64,000 nucleotides of DNA from positions 1,312,001 to 1,376,000 of the forward strand of contig OZ253375.1 in NCBI GenBank assembly GCA_965261005.1, in the 5' to 3' direction. Positions 31,655 through 43,385 of this stretch are shown in pieces. Within the stretch, counting starts at the first letter, position 1, and each line of letters opens with the position of its first letter. The notes beneath the pieces were generated by a model. That model was not told where the DNA came from, searched no databases, and worked only from the letters and a program-made list of their open reading frames with translations. The translations under genes were made by a program, and so were the position numbers. The stretch is from Deinococcus sp. Lineage in GTDB: Bacteria > Deinococcota > Deinococci > Deinococcales > Deinococcaceae.

Positions 31655-32077
31655 ATGAAAAAGATGTTTCCCCTGCTGAGCGCCCTGCTGCTGGGCGCCG
31701 CCTCCGCTCACGAGACCAAGCTGGTCGCGAACGGCCAGTACAAGCTGATCGTCGGAATGGTCAAGGAGCCGGCCTACTCTATGGAGCGCAACGGCCTCGA
31801 CTTGATCGTGCGCACCGGGGACGACCAGCCCGTGCCCGACTTGGAAAAGAGCCTCAAGGCCGAGCTGCTCACCCAGGACGGCGCGCAAAAGCGGCCCCTC
31901 AACCTGCGCGCCCAGTACGGCAAGCCCGGGTATTACACCGACGACTTCGTGTTGGCGACGCCCGGCGTGTACAAGGTTCACGTCTTCGGCTACATCGGCG
32001 ACGCCCCGGTGGACGAGACTTACGAGACCCACCCGGTCGGCGACATGAATACGCTGATCTTCCCCGCCCCGAAGTGA
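31655..32077 (+). CDS. Secreted hypothetical protein (His1 after signal), YtkA-like
   Basis: AGGAG RBS; signal ASA-HET; strong codon bias. Confidence 0.75.
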   Translation: MKKMFPLLSALLLGAASAHETKLVANGQYKLIVGMVKEPAYSMERNGLDLIVRTGDDQPVPDLEKSLKAELLTQDGAQKRPLNLRAQYGKPGYYTDDFVLATPGVYKVHVFGYIGDAPVDETYETHPVGDMNTLIFPAPK

Positions 32078-32083
32078 GGTTCT

Positions 32084-32106
32084 GGGGCGCCCTTCGCGGG
32101 CGCCCC
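32084..32106. repeat. Intercistronic hairpin
   Basis: ggggcgccc-ttcgc-gggcgcccc with no U tract. Confidence 0.55.
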
Positions 32107-32117
32107 GAAAGGGTCTT

Positions 32118-32540
32118 ATGCGCAAACTGATTCCCCTTCTGGCGGCTTTGCTGCTGGGCGGCGCCCTGGCCCACTCCGAACTTGAGGGGGCCGCGCCCCC
32201 GGAAAACGCCAGCGTCAGCGCGCCGAGCCAGGTCAAGCTGAGCTTTTCCGAGCCGCTGCAAGTGCGCTTCTCGACCTTCAAGGTCTACCCTCTCAGCGCC
32301 TCTGGAGACGCCCTCAAGGTGAACGGCGCCGCCGGGGCGCTCAAGACCAAGGTGCTGGCCCTCAAGAACGACGCGGCGCGGCGGGCCGATGCGGGCGTCA
32401 CGCCGGGGGGCGGCAACACGGCGAACGTGACGCTGGCCCTAAAGCCCAACTTGAAGCCCGGCCCCTACGTGGTGATGTGGAGGGCGCTGTCCGAGGACAC
32501 CCACACCTCCGGGGGCTACTACGTGTTCTACGTGAAGTAG
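32118..32540 (+). CDS. copC: Copper-binding protein CopC
   Basis: ALA-HSEL..A.P, L.FSEP, YVVMWRALSEDTH. Confidence 0.9.
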   Translation: MRKLIPLLAALLLGGALAHSELEGAAPPENASVSAPSQVKLSFSEPLQVRFSTFKVYPLSASGDALKVNGAAGALKTKVLALKNDAARRADAGVTPGGGNTANVTLALKPNLKPGPYVVMWRALSEDTHTSGGYYVFYVK

Positions 32541-32552
32541 ATGGTCAAATAG

Positions 32553-33716
32553 ATGACGTGGTGGACCCAGGCGCTGACCTTTGCCGGGCTGGCGCTGCTG
32601 GTGGGGGGCGGCGTGTTTCGGCGCCTGATCGGCGTGGGGCTGCCGCCGCCCCGTCTCCTGCCCGCCGTGGGCGCGCTGCTGCTGCTGGGCGCCGGGGCAT
32701 GGGGCATGCTGGGCACGCTGCGCGACATCTTCGGAACGTTTGACTTGGGCGACCTCGGCGAGTTTCTCGCCTACGGCACCCTCGGTCAGGCGCTGCTGGG
32801 CCGAATATTGGGGCTGATCCTGTGGTTCCTGGCGCTGCGGCTGCGCCCAATCTGGCCCCTGCTGGGCGCCGGCCTTGTTTTGCTGACCTCGGTGAGCTGG
32901 GCGGGCCACGCCCACACCGCCGGAACGGCCCTGTTCGCGCTGGACGTGCTTCACCTGGGCGCCATGTGCGTCTGGATCGGGGCGGTGCTGTACCTGGCCC
33001 TGCTGCCGGAGAGGGCGTGGCGCGGGGAGGTGTGGGCGGCGGTGCGGCGCACCTCGGCCGTGGGGCTGTGGAGCGTGGCCGCGCTGAGCGTCAGCGGGAC
33101 GGTGGCGGCGGTCGCGCGGGTGCCGGCCGTGTCCGCCCTGCCGGCCACCCCCTACGGACAGGCACTGATGGTCAAGCTGGGCCTGTTCGCGGCCATCCTG
33201 CTGCTCGCGGCCCTCAACCGCTTCCGGTTGATGCGCCCGCCCGAACCCGGCCCGCTGCGCGCCGCCATCCGGTTGGAAAGCGGCGCCCTGGCGGGCGTGC
33301 TGCTCATCAGCGGCGTCCTCTCGACCACGGCGCCGCCGCAGTTTCCCCGCGCCACGGCGACGAGCGTGCCGATACGGGTTTCCTACGCCGGCCAGTCCGT
33401 TGGCGGCCGGGTTGACTTAAGCAAGTGGGGACGGTTGGAGGTGACGCTCTCGCCCCTTGGCAAAAACGTACCCTTGCAAGTCGTGCTGCTCCCCCCCTCC
33501 GGGGGTGCGGACCACGCCGACCACGAATCGCACCTGCCACCGGGACAGGCGGCGGCCCTCGACACCCTCAACGGCGGCGCGCCGGGGCAGACGTTGCGGC
33601 TGAGCCGGAGCGGAAACGAAATCAAGGCCGCCCGGCAGCTGTGGACGCCGGGCACCTGGGCCGTCGCGGTGGAATTGGGCCAAGCGGCGCAACTCGTGCC
33701 GCTGGAGCTGCGCTGA
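32553..33716 (+). CDS. copD: CopD-family copper transport membrane protein with C-terminal soluble extension
   Basis: SWAGHA, HLGAMCVWIG, TPYGQALMVKL...AALNRF; His-rich HADHESH tail domain. Confidence 0.88.
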   Translation: MTWWTQALTFAGLALLVGGGVFRRLIGVGLPPPRLLPAVGALLLLGAGAWGMLGTLRDIFGTFDLGDLGEFLAYGTLGQALLGRILGLILWFLALRLRPIWPLLGAGLVLLTSVSWAGHAHTAGTALFALDVLHLGAMCVWIGAVLYLALLPERAWRGEVWAAVRRTSAVGLWSVAALSVSGTVAAVARVPAVSALPATPYGQALMVKLGLFAAILLLAALNRFRLMRPPEPGPLRAAIRLESGALAGVLLISGVLSTTAPPQFPRATATSVPIRVSYAGQSVGGRVDLSKWGRLEVTLSPLGKNVPLQVVLLPPSGGADHADHESHLPPGQAAALDTLNGGAPGQTLRLSRSGNEIKAARQLWTPGTWAVAVELGQAAQLVPLELR

Positions 33717-33745
33717 GCCTGTGTTGCCTTCCCGTAGACTGGGGC

Positions 33746-35430
<1,685 letters not shown>

Positions 35431-35434
<4 letters not shown>

Positions 35435-36291
35435 GGTGGTTGGGGCAGCGTCCGCAGAAAGTGGCGCAGCACCGTTCGCAACGCCTCCGGCCGCTCCAGC
35501 CAAGGCGAGTGGCCCACGTTCGGCAGCAGCGCAAAGGTTGACAACGGCAACAGTTCCGTCAGCTCCCGCGCCGCCCAAGCGGGCCTGGGGTCCTGCACGC
35601 CGTGAACGATCAGGGCCGGAACGTTCAACGTCTTGACCTTGCGCCGCACAACCTCGCTCCCGAGTTCGCGCTCACTGTCGGCGTGCAACTCCCGGTTGAC
35701 GGCGGCGTTAACGCGCAGTTCTCCCATCAGGAGCTGCCGCGCCAAGACGCGACCCTGACGCGCGTCCGAAAAATCCGTGCTCCAAGCGACCTCGCAGTAG
35801 GCGCGCTCGGCCTCCAGGGTACCTTCGCGCGCCCACCGCCCGGCCAGTTCGAGCCGTTCCCGCACGCCGCTCGGCCCCAAACGGCGGTCGCGTTCGGCGC
35901 GGTAGTCGGCGGACCACGCCGGGTTCACGCCGGTGCCGGATAGGTAGATCAGGGCTGCCGTGCGCCCAGGGTGGGACAGCGCGTAGTGCAGGGCGAGCGA
36001 CGCGCCCCAGGAGTGGCCCGCGACCACCCAGCGCTCCAGACCCCAATGAACGCGCAGCCCCTCCAGGTCAGCTACATTCCGCGCGACCGTGTGCGGGCCG
36101 TTCCCGCCCGAGCGTCCGCAGGCGCGCTGGTCGTAGCGGTACACCGTGCAGAGATCATCCGTCATCGCCGCGACAGGACCGAGATAGTCCCACAGGCCGG
36201 GGCCGCCGTAACACCACACCAGCGGCGGCCCGGCGCCCTGCCGCACGGTCCACAGCGTCGCGCCGGGCAGTGCCACGCGCTCCTCGATCAT
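35431..36291 (-). CDS. Alpha/beta hydrolase (proline iminopeptidase-like)
   Basis: GGPG, YDQRACGRS, GHSWG, GHSPWLE. Confidence 0.88.
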
Positions 36292-37169
36292 CTGCCCAGC
36301 ACCCTCAGCAGCACATCCGGCCGGTCGGTGTTGATGCCATTCACGCCCATCTTCAAGAGGCGCCGCATCTCGGCGGGGTCGTTGATGGTCCAGGGCTGCA
36401 CCGAGAGGTGCTTGCGCGCGGCCAAGGCCACAAACCTCGGCGTGACCACCTCGAAGCCCGCCGCGCGCACCGGCACCTGCAACGAGGCGCCCGCCGGCCG
36501 GAACCAACCGCCCAGGCCGACCAGGTTGAGCATGACCAGCGGGCGAATCTCACGCTCCGTCATGCTGGTCAGCACCTCGGGGCAGGCTTGCCGAAAGGCT
36601 TGCATAGCGCTGTCCTTGAAGGAGGCGACGATCACCTTGTCGGTCATCTGAAAGCGCCGCAGCGCCTCGCAAAAGGGGCGCGCGATGGGCGGGTCGTCCT
36701 GCTTGATCTCGATGGTCCAGGTTGTGTCGGGGTGGGCGCGGAACAGCTCCTCCAGCGTCGGCACGGTCAGGCCCCGGCCCCGGAAGGGAAAGGTCTTGTT
36801 GCCGTCGAGGCTAAAACGGTAGCCGGCGTCGAGCCGCTTGAGTTGGGCGAGCGTCATGTCCTTGACCAGGCCCTTTCCCTGCGTGGTGCGGTTCACGCTG
36901 GCGTCGTGGATGGCGACCAGGTGGCCGTCCTTTGTTGCGTGCAGATCGGTGTCCAGCATGTCGGCGCCCAGGCGCGCGGCACGGTCAAAGGCGGAGAGGG
37001 TGTTGCTCGGCCACAACCCCTCGCCCCCCTGATGCGCGATGACCCAGGTTTTGCCGCCCCCTGCGAACACATTGTCCCGTGCGCCGCCGCCCAAGTTGAG
37101 CCACGACCCCGCGTAGGCGATCAACACGACAATCCCTATACCGAGCAACACCTTTTGCCAGCGTTTCAC
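36288..37169 (-). CDS. Glycerophosphodiester phosphodiesterase
   Basis: IAHQGG...NTL, D.H.TKDG..V.IHD, IEIK, WTIND, INTDRP. Confidence 0.92.
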   Translation of the reverse strand: MKRWQKVLLGIGIVVLIAYAGSWLNLGGGARDNVFAGGGKTWVIAHQGGEGLWPSNTLSAFDRAARLGADMLDTDLHATKDGHLVAIHDASVNRTTQGKGLVKDMTLAQLKRLDAGYRFSLDGNKTFPFRGRGLTVPTLEELFRAHPDTTWTIEIKQDDPPIARPFCEALRRFQMTDKVIVASFKDSAMQAFRQACPEVLTSMTEREIRPLVMLNLVGLGGWFRPAGASLQVPVRAAGFEVVTPRFVALAARKHLSVQPWTINDPAEMRRLLKMGVNGINTDRPDVLLRVLGR

Positions 37170-37202
37170 GCGTCCAGTCTACTTTGACAACCCGCACTTT
37201 CT

Positions 37203-37231
37203 TTGACAGCCCTCTGGGCGCGTGCTAGGAT
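37203..37231 (+). promoter_or_regulatory. Sigma-A promoter of the tRNA operon
   Basis: TTGACA-17 nt-TAGGAT with TGn extension. Confidence 0.8.
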
Positions 37232-37258
37232 TCTGGGCGCTGGGAACTTTCGCGTCGG

Positions 37259-37332
37259 GGCGCTGTAGCCAAGCGGTAAGGCAGAGGTCTGCAAAACCTC
37301 CACCGGCGGTTCGAGTCCGCCCAGCGCCTCCA
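37259..37332 (+). tRNA. tRNA-Cys (GCA)
   Basis: GGCGCTG acceptor stem, anticodon arm gaggt-ctGCAaa-acctc, GGTTCGA T-loop, encoded CCA. Confidence 0.96.
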
Positions 37333-37338
37333 GTCTCT

Positions 37339-37413
<75 letters not shown>

Positions 37414-37415
37414 AG

Positions 37416-37442
37416 AAAAACGCCCTCTAAGAGGGCGTTTTT
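37416..37442. terminator. Bidirectional intrinsic terminator
   Basis: aaaaacgccctc-taa-gagggcgttttt. Confidence 0.9.
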
Positions 37443-37454
37443 GCTGTTTGCATA

Positions 37455-38765
37455 TCAGCGCAACGGCGCCCCATTCAGCAGAATGCCGTTTCGATTCAGC
37501 GAAAAGGTCGTTCGGTATACGCCGTTCTCAAGGGTAACGAGGCCGTTTTGCCGCAAGTCTTGAAGCGTTTCGTCAGGGGTGACGCCGAGTTCGGGTCCGA
37601 GCGTGCTCAGCAATTCGCGCAAAGCCGCGTCGGGCGCGCTGCCCGAGGCAGTGACGTTCAGACGTTCCAGCAGCGCCGCCGGGTTGCCCAGCAGGGCGTT
37701 CGGGTCCAGGGGCGCGCCGGGGGTCAGGCTGGCCCGCGCGCCCAGCCTCACCTCGCCGCCCGCGTTGCGCAAGGAGAGCGGGTCCACGCTGAATTCCGGC
37801 CGGTTGTTCAGCAACTGCGTGAGGGCGACCATCAAGTCGCGCGTGGCGGTCTCACTAAGGGTCTTGGCGCCCAAGCGCCCGCTCAGCTTCGAGAGACGCA
37901 GCAGCGCCGCGCGGTCGAGGTGGCGCGCGCCGAGGCCGAGCCTCAGGTCGCTCAGCACCGTGCCGCCGCTTTTCAAACGCCCGACGCCATAGTTGACGCC
38001 GACATCAATGGTGTTTCCGTTCGCGCGTGTCTCGCTTCCAACCTGTGCGTCACTCAAACTGACCGTTTCGCCGCTCGCGCGAACCTCAATTTGCCCCACG
38101 TCGAAGCGGGCCTTGCCCAACCCCAGGCCGTCCGGGGCGAGGACCGTGTCGCTGTTCAGGCGCGCGGCGCTCAAGACAAAACCGGCGTTCGCGTTATCGT
38201 AGGTGACGCCGGGCAGGCGGCCCTCGATCACGGCGCGCGGCCCCTCGCCACGGACGGTGGCGCTGAGCGCCTTCCAGCTGAGGGTGCCGCCGTCCTGGGA
38301 CACGCTGCCAGACGGCACGACGACGTTGGTCACGGTGTCGCCGCCGAACTTCACGACGGTGCGGATAAAGGGCTGCTTATTTTTAAAGGCTTTGTTCACG
38401 GCCGCCTGCACGGGGGGGTCGAAGCGCAGTTCCGTGTCCACGACGGCCGCACCGAAAGCGCGCAACCCCGGAAAGGGGCCGTTGCTGATGCGGTTGAAAA
38501 TGGTCAGGTGCGCGGGCGTTTCCCCCGTCTCGAGGGTGAGCACGGTCTCCTGCGTGCCGCCCATCAACGTCCGCCTGAGTGGCTTCTCCTCGACGCGAAC
38601 GAGGCCGGTGGCTTCCAGGGCCGTCTTGAGCTGCCCAAGCTGGGTTTCCAGATTGCTTTGGGTCTGGGTTCCGGCATACACCATTCCGCCGGCAACCGTC
38701 AGCACCAAGGCCGCCGTGACGGCGAGAATCGCGCGCGGCCTGAACTGAACGGTCGCTTTTTTCAT
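37455..38765 (-). CDS. YdgA/DUF945 family protein
   Basis: N-terminal anchor, I.NGPFPG, beta-rich body, C-terminal LNGAP. Confidence 0.75.
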   Translation of the reverse strand: MKKATVQFRPRAILAVTAALVLTVAGGMVYAGTQTQSNLETQLGQLKTALEATGLVRVEEKPLRRTLMGGTQETVLTLETGETPAHLTIFNRISNGPFPGLRAFGAAVVDTELRFDPPVQAAVNKAFKNKQPFIRTVVKFGGDTVTNVVVPSGSVSQDGGTLSWKALSATVRGEGPRAVIEGRLPGVTYDNANAGFVLSAARLNSDTVLAPDGLGLGKARFDVGQIEVRASGETVSLSDAQVGSETRANGNTIDVGVNYGVGRLKSGGTVLSDLRLGLGARHLDRAALLRLSKLSGRLGAKTLSETATRDLMVALTQLLNNRPEFSVDPLSLRNAGGEVRLGARASLTPGAPLDPNALLGNPAALLERLNVTASGSAPDAALRELLSTLGPELGVTPDETLQDLRQNGLVTLENGVYRTTFSLNRNGILLNGAPLR

Positions 38766-38837
38766 GGTTCTCAGCGTAGCACCGCCCCACCCGCCTTGCG
38801 GCGAATGTGCCCGCGCGCCGTTCAGCGGGTTGCCCCG

Positions 38838-40001
38838 TCAGCGCTTGCCGAGGCGCCGGATCAACCACAGCACCGGCAAGGTGGGCAGGGCCAGCAAGGC
38901 GAACAGCGCCTGCGCGAGGGCGCGGCCCACCAGCGGCGGAGGCCCTGGCGGTTGGGACTGCGGCGGTTGGAACTGTGGCGGTGAGCCTGCCCGGCGCGCA
39001 GCAACCTCACTGCGCCCCGAATGGGGATTGGCAACCGGGCTGACGGGTTCACCGGGCGTGTGGCGCGCCGCCTCGCGCTCCTGGGCGCTGGGCGCTTGGT
39101 TGACGGCCACGCCCTGCTGAGCGACGGCCACTTTTTTGCCGGGATTGCTCGCGCCGCCCGCCCGCGAGCCGTAACGCTGCGAGTACACCCAGGTGACCTC
39201 GGCGCCGAAAAAGAGGATCATGCCCGAGTAGTAGATCCACAGCAACAAGACCACCAGCGAGCCGGCCGCCCCAAACACCGAGGTGTTGCTGAAGCGGCCC
39301 AGGTAAAAGCTGATCAGGAGTTGCCCCAGCGTGAACAGCGTGGCAGTCACGCCGGCCCCGAACCAGACCTCGCGCCACTTGAGCTGCACGTACGGCAAGA
39401 ACTTATAGATGCTGGCGAAGACCACCGTGAACACGGCGGTGCCCAGCACAAAGGTGCCCAACCGGGTGAAGAACGCGCCCAGGCCCAATTGATTCGCCAG
39501 CGGCGCCGCGTAGGCCGACAGCAGCGTGCTGCCCGCCAGAAAGGCGATGATCAGGGCACCGAAAAACAGCACCAGCGCGAAGCCGATCAGGCGGGTGCGC
39601 ACCAGCGCCCAGAGGCCATTAATGGGCGGCGGGTCAGCGCCCCACAAACTGTTGAGGGCGTCCTGAAGCTGCGCGAATAGGCCCGTGGAGGTCAGGAACA
39701 CGGTCACGGCGCCGATAATGGTGGCCGTGGTGCTGGCGCCGGACTGGACGGCCCCGTCCACCAGATTGCTGACGAAGTTGGCCGCCGACGCGCCCACGCT
39801 ACTGCTGAGCGCGTCATAGATTTGGCGCTTGACCGTGTCCTGATTGATAAAGATGCTGGCGACCGCCACCAGCAAAAACAGCAGCGGGGCAATCGTGAAC
39901 ACGGCGTAGTACGCCAGCGCCGCCGCCAAGCGGGGCGCGCGATCGGTACTGAAGGCCGTCACCGAGTCGCGCAGCAGTCCGAACAAACCGCCGAAGGTCA
40001 C
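38838..40001 (-). CDS. YihY/BrkB family membrane protein
   Basis: AAALAYYAVF, IYKFLP, GAAGSLVVLLLWIYYS...FGAE. Confidence 0.92.
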   Translation of the reverse strand: MTFGGLFGLLRDSVTAFSTDRAPRLAAALAYYAVFTIAPLLFLLVAVASIFINQDTVKRQIYDALSSSVGASAANFVSNLVDGAVQSGASTTATIIGAVTVFLTSTGLFAQLQDALNSLWGADPPPINGLWALVRTRLIGFALVLFFGALIIAFLAGSTLLSAYAAPLANQLGLGAFFTRLGTFVLGTAVFTVVFASIYKFLPYVQLKWREVWFGAGVTATLFTLGQLLISFYLGRFSNTSVFGAAGSLVVLLLWIYYSGMILFFGAEVTWVYSQRYGSRAGGASNPGKKVAVAQQGVAVNQAPSAQEREAARHTPGEPVSPVANPHSGRSEVAARRAGSPPQFQPPQSQPPGPPPLVGRALAQALFALLALPTLPVLWLIRRLGKR

Positions 40002-40042
40002 GGCCGCATGTTAAGGCAAGCGCCAGAAAAGCACACTACACA

Positions 40043-40750
40043 TTAAGCCGAACTCTCGGCGAGCAGCTCGCGCCAAGCCCGAAAGGTGGCCGGAAACAGC
40101 GGCCCGGCGAGCTGGGCGAGGGCTTGGGCGTACAGCATCGTCTCGTGTTGGGCGCCGGCGTGGTCGCGCAACCCCAGGAAGTGCAGCAAACTGCGCACGT
40201 TAAAGGTCCAGTACGACTCGGTGTACATCGCGGTCGGCAGCACGCCGCGCGCCTGCTCGCGGGTCACGCCGAGCGAAAGCAGGCGCTGGTAGGTCTCGTA
40301 GGCGGTTCGCCAAGCGCCGAGCCAAAGGTCGTGCGCCCGCGCTTGATCGATACGGCCAGCCTCGTCGGGAACGCTCGCTTGGCGGTTGCTTTCGGCCTGG
40401 GCGCGAAAGGCGGGCGGCGTGTAGACCCGCTCCCGCACCTCCACGTAACGGCCAGAAATTTCATTTTTGCTGACGCCGACCCGGTGGCGCACCATCTGAC
40501 GGTCCACGAAGATGGGCGCCACGATTTTGAAGGTCATGGCGTTGTGCTCAAAGGGGCTGCCGTGCTGGTGGCGCAGCAAGTAGGCGATCAGCTTCTCGTC
40601 GCGGGCATTCAGCGGCGCCTCATTGTCGCCGCCGAAGGAGACGCGGGCCGCATTGACAATGCTCTTGTCGTCGCCGACGTGCGAAATCAGAGCCACGCTG
40701 CCGACGCCGTCCTGAAGGGGATAAAGCACCTGTCCGGCGGTGATGGTCAT
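40043..40750 (-). CDS. thyX: FAD-dependent thymidylate synthase
   Basis: AARVS, H.SPFEH, RQMVRHR...NEISGRY, REQARGVLP. Confidence 0.96.
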   Translation of the reverse strand: MTITAGQVLYPLQDGVGSVALISHVGDDKSIVNAARVSFGGDNEAPLNARDEKLIAYLLRHQHGSPFEHNAMTFKIVAPIFVDRQMVRHRVGVSKNEISGRYVEVRERVYTPPAFRAQAESNRQASVPDEAGRIDQARAHDLWLGAWRTAYETYQRLLSLGVTREQARGVLPTAMYTESYWTFNVRSLLHFLGLRDHAGAQHETMLYAQALAQLAGPLFPATFRAWRELLAESSA

Positions 40751-40760
40751 GCGCCCAGCC

Positions 40761-40899
40761 TAGAGCATTTGTCAATTCTATTGCGCGACTTCGGCTCCGC
40801 CTACGTCGCTCCACGCCATTGCCAAACGCCCTCCTGTTGCTACTCGTTCCACTCGGGAAGTATTGAGAAGAGCACTCAATACTTCTGACAAACGCTCTA
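40761..40899. mobile_element. MITE-like repeat, copy 2 (139 bp, inverted relative to copy 1)
   Basis: TAGAGCATTTGTCA...TGACAAACGCTCTA; about 9 mismatches to copy 1 and lacks its 36-bp insert. Confidence 0.85.
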
Positions 40900-40914
40900 A
40901 CGCGCAGCGGACCC

Positions 40915-41400
40915 TCACGTCATCTCCGCCGGGTTTAGCCCGCCCAGCCGCAGGATCGCTTGCCAATGCACTTCCTCCACCGGCATGACCGAGAGGCGGT
41001 TGCCCCTTTTAAGGAGGGCGAAGTCGGCCAGTTCGGGCGCGGCGCGCAGCTCGGCCAGGGTCACGAGGCGCGGCAAGGCGCGCAGCGGGGCCACGTCCAC
41101 GGCGCTCCAACGGGGGTCGTCCAAGGTACTTCTCGAATCAAAATACGGGCTGTTCGGGTCAAGTTGCGTGGGGTCCGGGTAGGCGGCGCGCACCGCCCGG
41201 CACACGCCTACGGCGCCGCTCGGTCCCGCGTTCGAGTGGTAGAACAACGCCAAATCGCCCACGTTCACCCTCCGCAAAAAGTTGCGCGCCTGATAGTTGC
41301 GCACGCCGGTCCACGGCTCCCGGCCGGCGCGCACCAAGTCGGCGTAAGAAAAAACCTCCGGCTCGCTTTTGAGCAGCCACCTCCTCACATCGCTCGTCAC
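40915..41400 (-). CDS. EVE domain protein
   Basis: WLLKSEP, W.GVRNYQARN, FYHS, RLSVMPV. Confidence 0.93.
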   Translation of the reverse strand: MTSDVRRWLLKSEPEVFSYADLVRAGREPWTGVRNYQARNFLRRVNVGDLALFYHSNAGPSGAVGVCRAVRAAYPDPTQLDPNSPYFDSRSTLDDPRWSAVDVAPLRALPRLVTLAELRAAPELADFALLKRGNRLSVMPVEEVHWQAILRLGGLNPAEMT

Positions 41401-41438
41401 ATCTGATTATTATTCAGCGTATCCCCCGGCACCTTGAA

Positions 41439-41459
41439 CTTGAGTCTCACGGACTAAAG
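41439..41459. promoter_or_regulatory. HAIR (HspR) operator overlapping the -10 of the HtrA-like gene
   Basis: CTTGAGT-ctcacgg-ACTAAAG, one mismatch to consensus; TAAAGT -10 lies 6 nt before ATG 41467. Confidence 0.8.
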
Positions 41460-41466
41460 TTTTGGT

Positions 41467-42585
41467 ATGCGCCGCTCCCCGTGGCTTCCCCTGCTGCTGC
41501 TCGTCGGTCTCGGCCTGTACCTCGCGCCGCGTCAGGGCACGCCCCCCCCCCTCGATTACCACTTCGACTTCAACCCGCTGCCGCAGGTGCAGCCGTCCAG
41601 AAACTTGCCGCCGGACGCGGCCGAACTCTTCAAGCAGGCGCGCCCGGCCACCGTGCGCGTGGAGCAAAGCCAGAACGCCTACGGGCAGCCCGACGCCATC
41701 GGCACCGGCTTTTTCATCGACAAGACCGGCACGCTGCTGACCGCCTACCACGTCATCGACGGCGCGCGTTACCTGAACGTGACCACCGCGCAGAACCGGC
41801 GCTACCGGGCCGAGGTGGTCGGCTTCGACGCGGCGCGCGACGTGGCCGTGCTGAGGGCGAGCGTGCGCGGCGAGGTGCCCTTTTTGCCGCTGGTCGGCCG
41901 CCCGCCGCGCATCGGGGAAAAGGTGCTGGCCATCGGCAACAGCGGGGGCGAGTTTTTGCAGTCCCGCCGCGGACGCCTGCTGCGCCTGAACGCGAACGCC
42001 GCCCGGGTGGACTTTCCGCAGGGCACCTTGGAGATGAGCGCGCCCCTCGCCCCCGGCGACTCGGGCGGCCCGATTCTGGACGACGCCGGCGACGCCATCG
42101 GCGTGGTGAGCTACATCCGCTTGGCGGGGGACAGCTTTGGCAGCGCGAACGGCGCGAACGGCGGGCGCACCTTGGCCTCCTACGCCGTGCCGGTCAGCAG
42201 CGTGGACGAGACGGTCGCGGCCATCCGCAGGGGCGAAAAGCGCGATGTGCCGGCGCTGGGCATCACGGGTGATTCGGCCGGGCATAGCATTGAAAACGCC
42301 GATTCGGGCGCGGTGATCGGCAGCGTCGTGCCCGGCAGCCCGGCGGCGCGGGCCGGGTTGCGGGGGCTTCAGGAAGTTCAGAACTCTGACGGCACGACCG
42401 GGCTGCGCGCCGACGTGATCGTGGCGGTGGACGGCAAGAGCACCGCCGACTTCGACGAGCTGCTCTTTCAGGTGCGCCAAAAAAAGGTCGGTCAGCAGGT
42501 GACGCTGACCGTGGAGCGCGGCGGGGAGCAGCTGAAGGTGCCGGTGACGCTGGGCGGCAAGGCGAGCATTCAGTACCGGCAGTAA
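41467..42585 (+). CDS. S1C (HtrA/DegP-like) serine protease with PDZ domain
   Basis: GTGFF, LTAYHV, DVAVL, PGDSGGP, GSPAARAGL...DVIVAVDG. Confidence 0.92.
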   Translation: MRRSPWLPLLLLVGLGLYLAPRQGTPPPLDYHFDFNPLPQVQPSRNLPPDAAELFKQARPATVRVEQSQNAYGQPDAIGTGFFIDKTGTLLTAYHVIDGARYLNVTTAQNRRYRAEVVGFDAARDVAVLRASVRGEVPFLPLVGRPPRIGEKVLAIGNSGGEFLQSRRGRLLRLNANAARVDFPQGTLEMSAPLAPGDSGGPILDDAGDAIGVVSYIRLAGDSFGSANGANGGRTLASYAVPVSSVDETVAAIRRGEKRDVPALGITGDSAGHSIENADSGAVIGSVVPGSPAARAGLRGLQEVQNSDGTTGLRADVIVAVDGKSTADFDELLFQVRQKKVGQQVTLTVERGGEQLKVPVTLGGKASIQYRQ

Positions 42586-42598
42586 TTACAATTTACAA

Positions 42599-43327
<729 letters not shown>

Positions 43328-43385
43328 CGGTTCCTTGAGTATACCCCAAGCAGGTTTGGTGAAACGGGCATGTAGGAACGGTGTT

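Noticed and set aside
40043..41400. EVE plus thyX as a DNA-modification or defence module
   Set aside because: Both look like ordinary chromosomal orthologs; no nuclease, methylase or base-modifying gene adjacent
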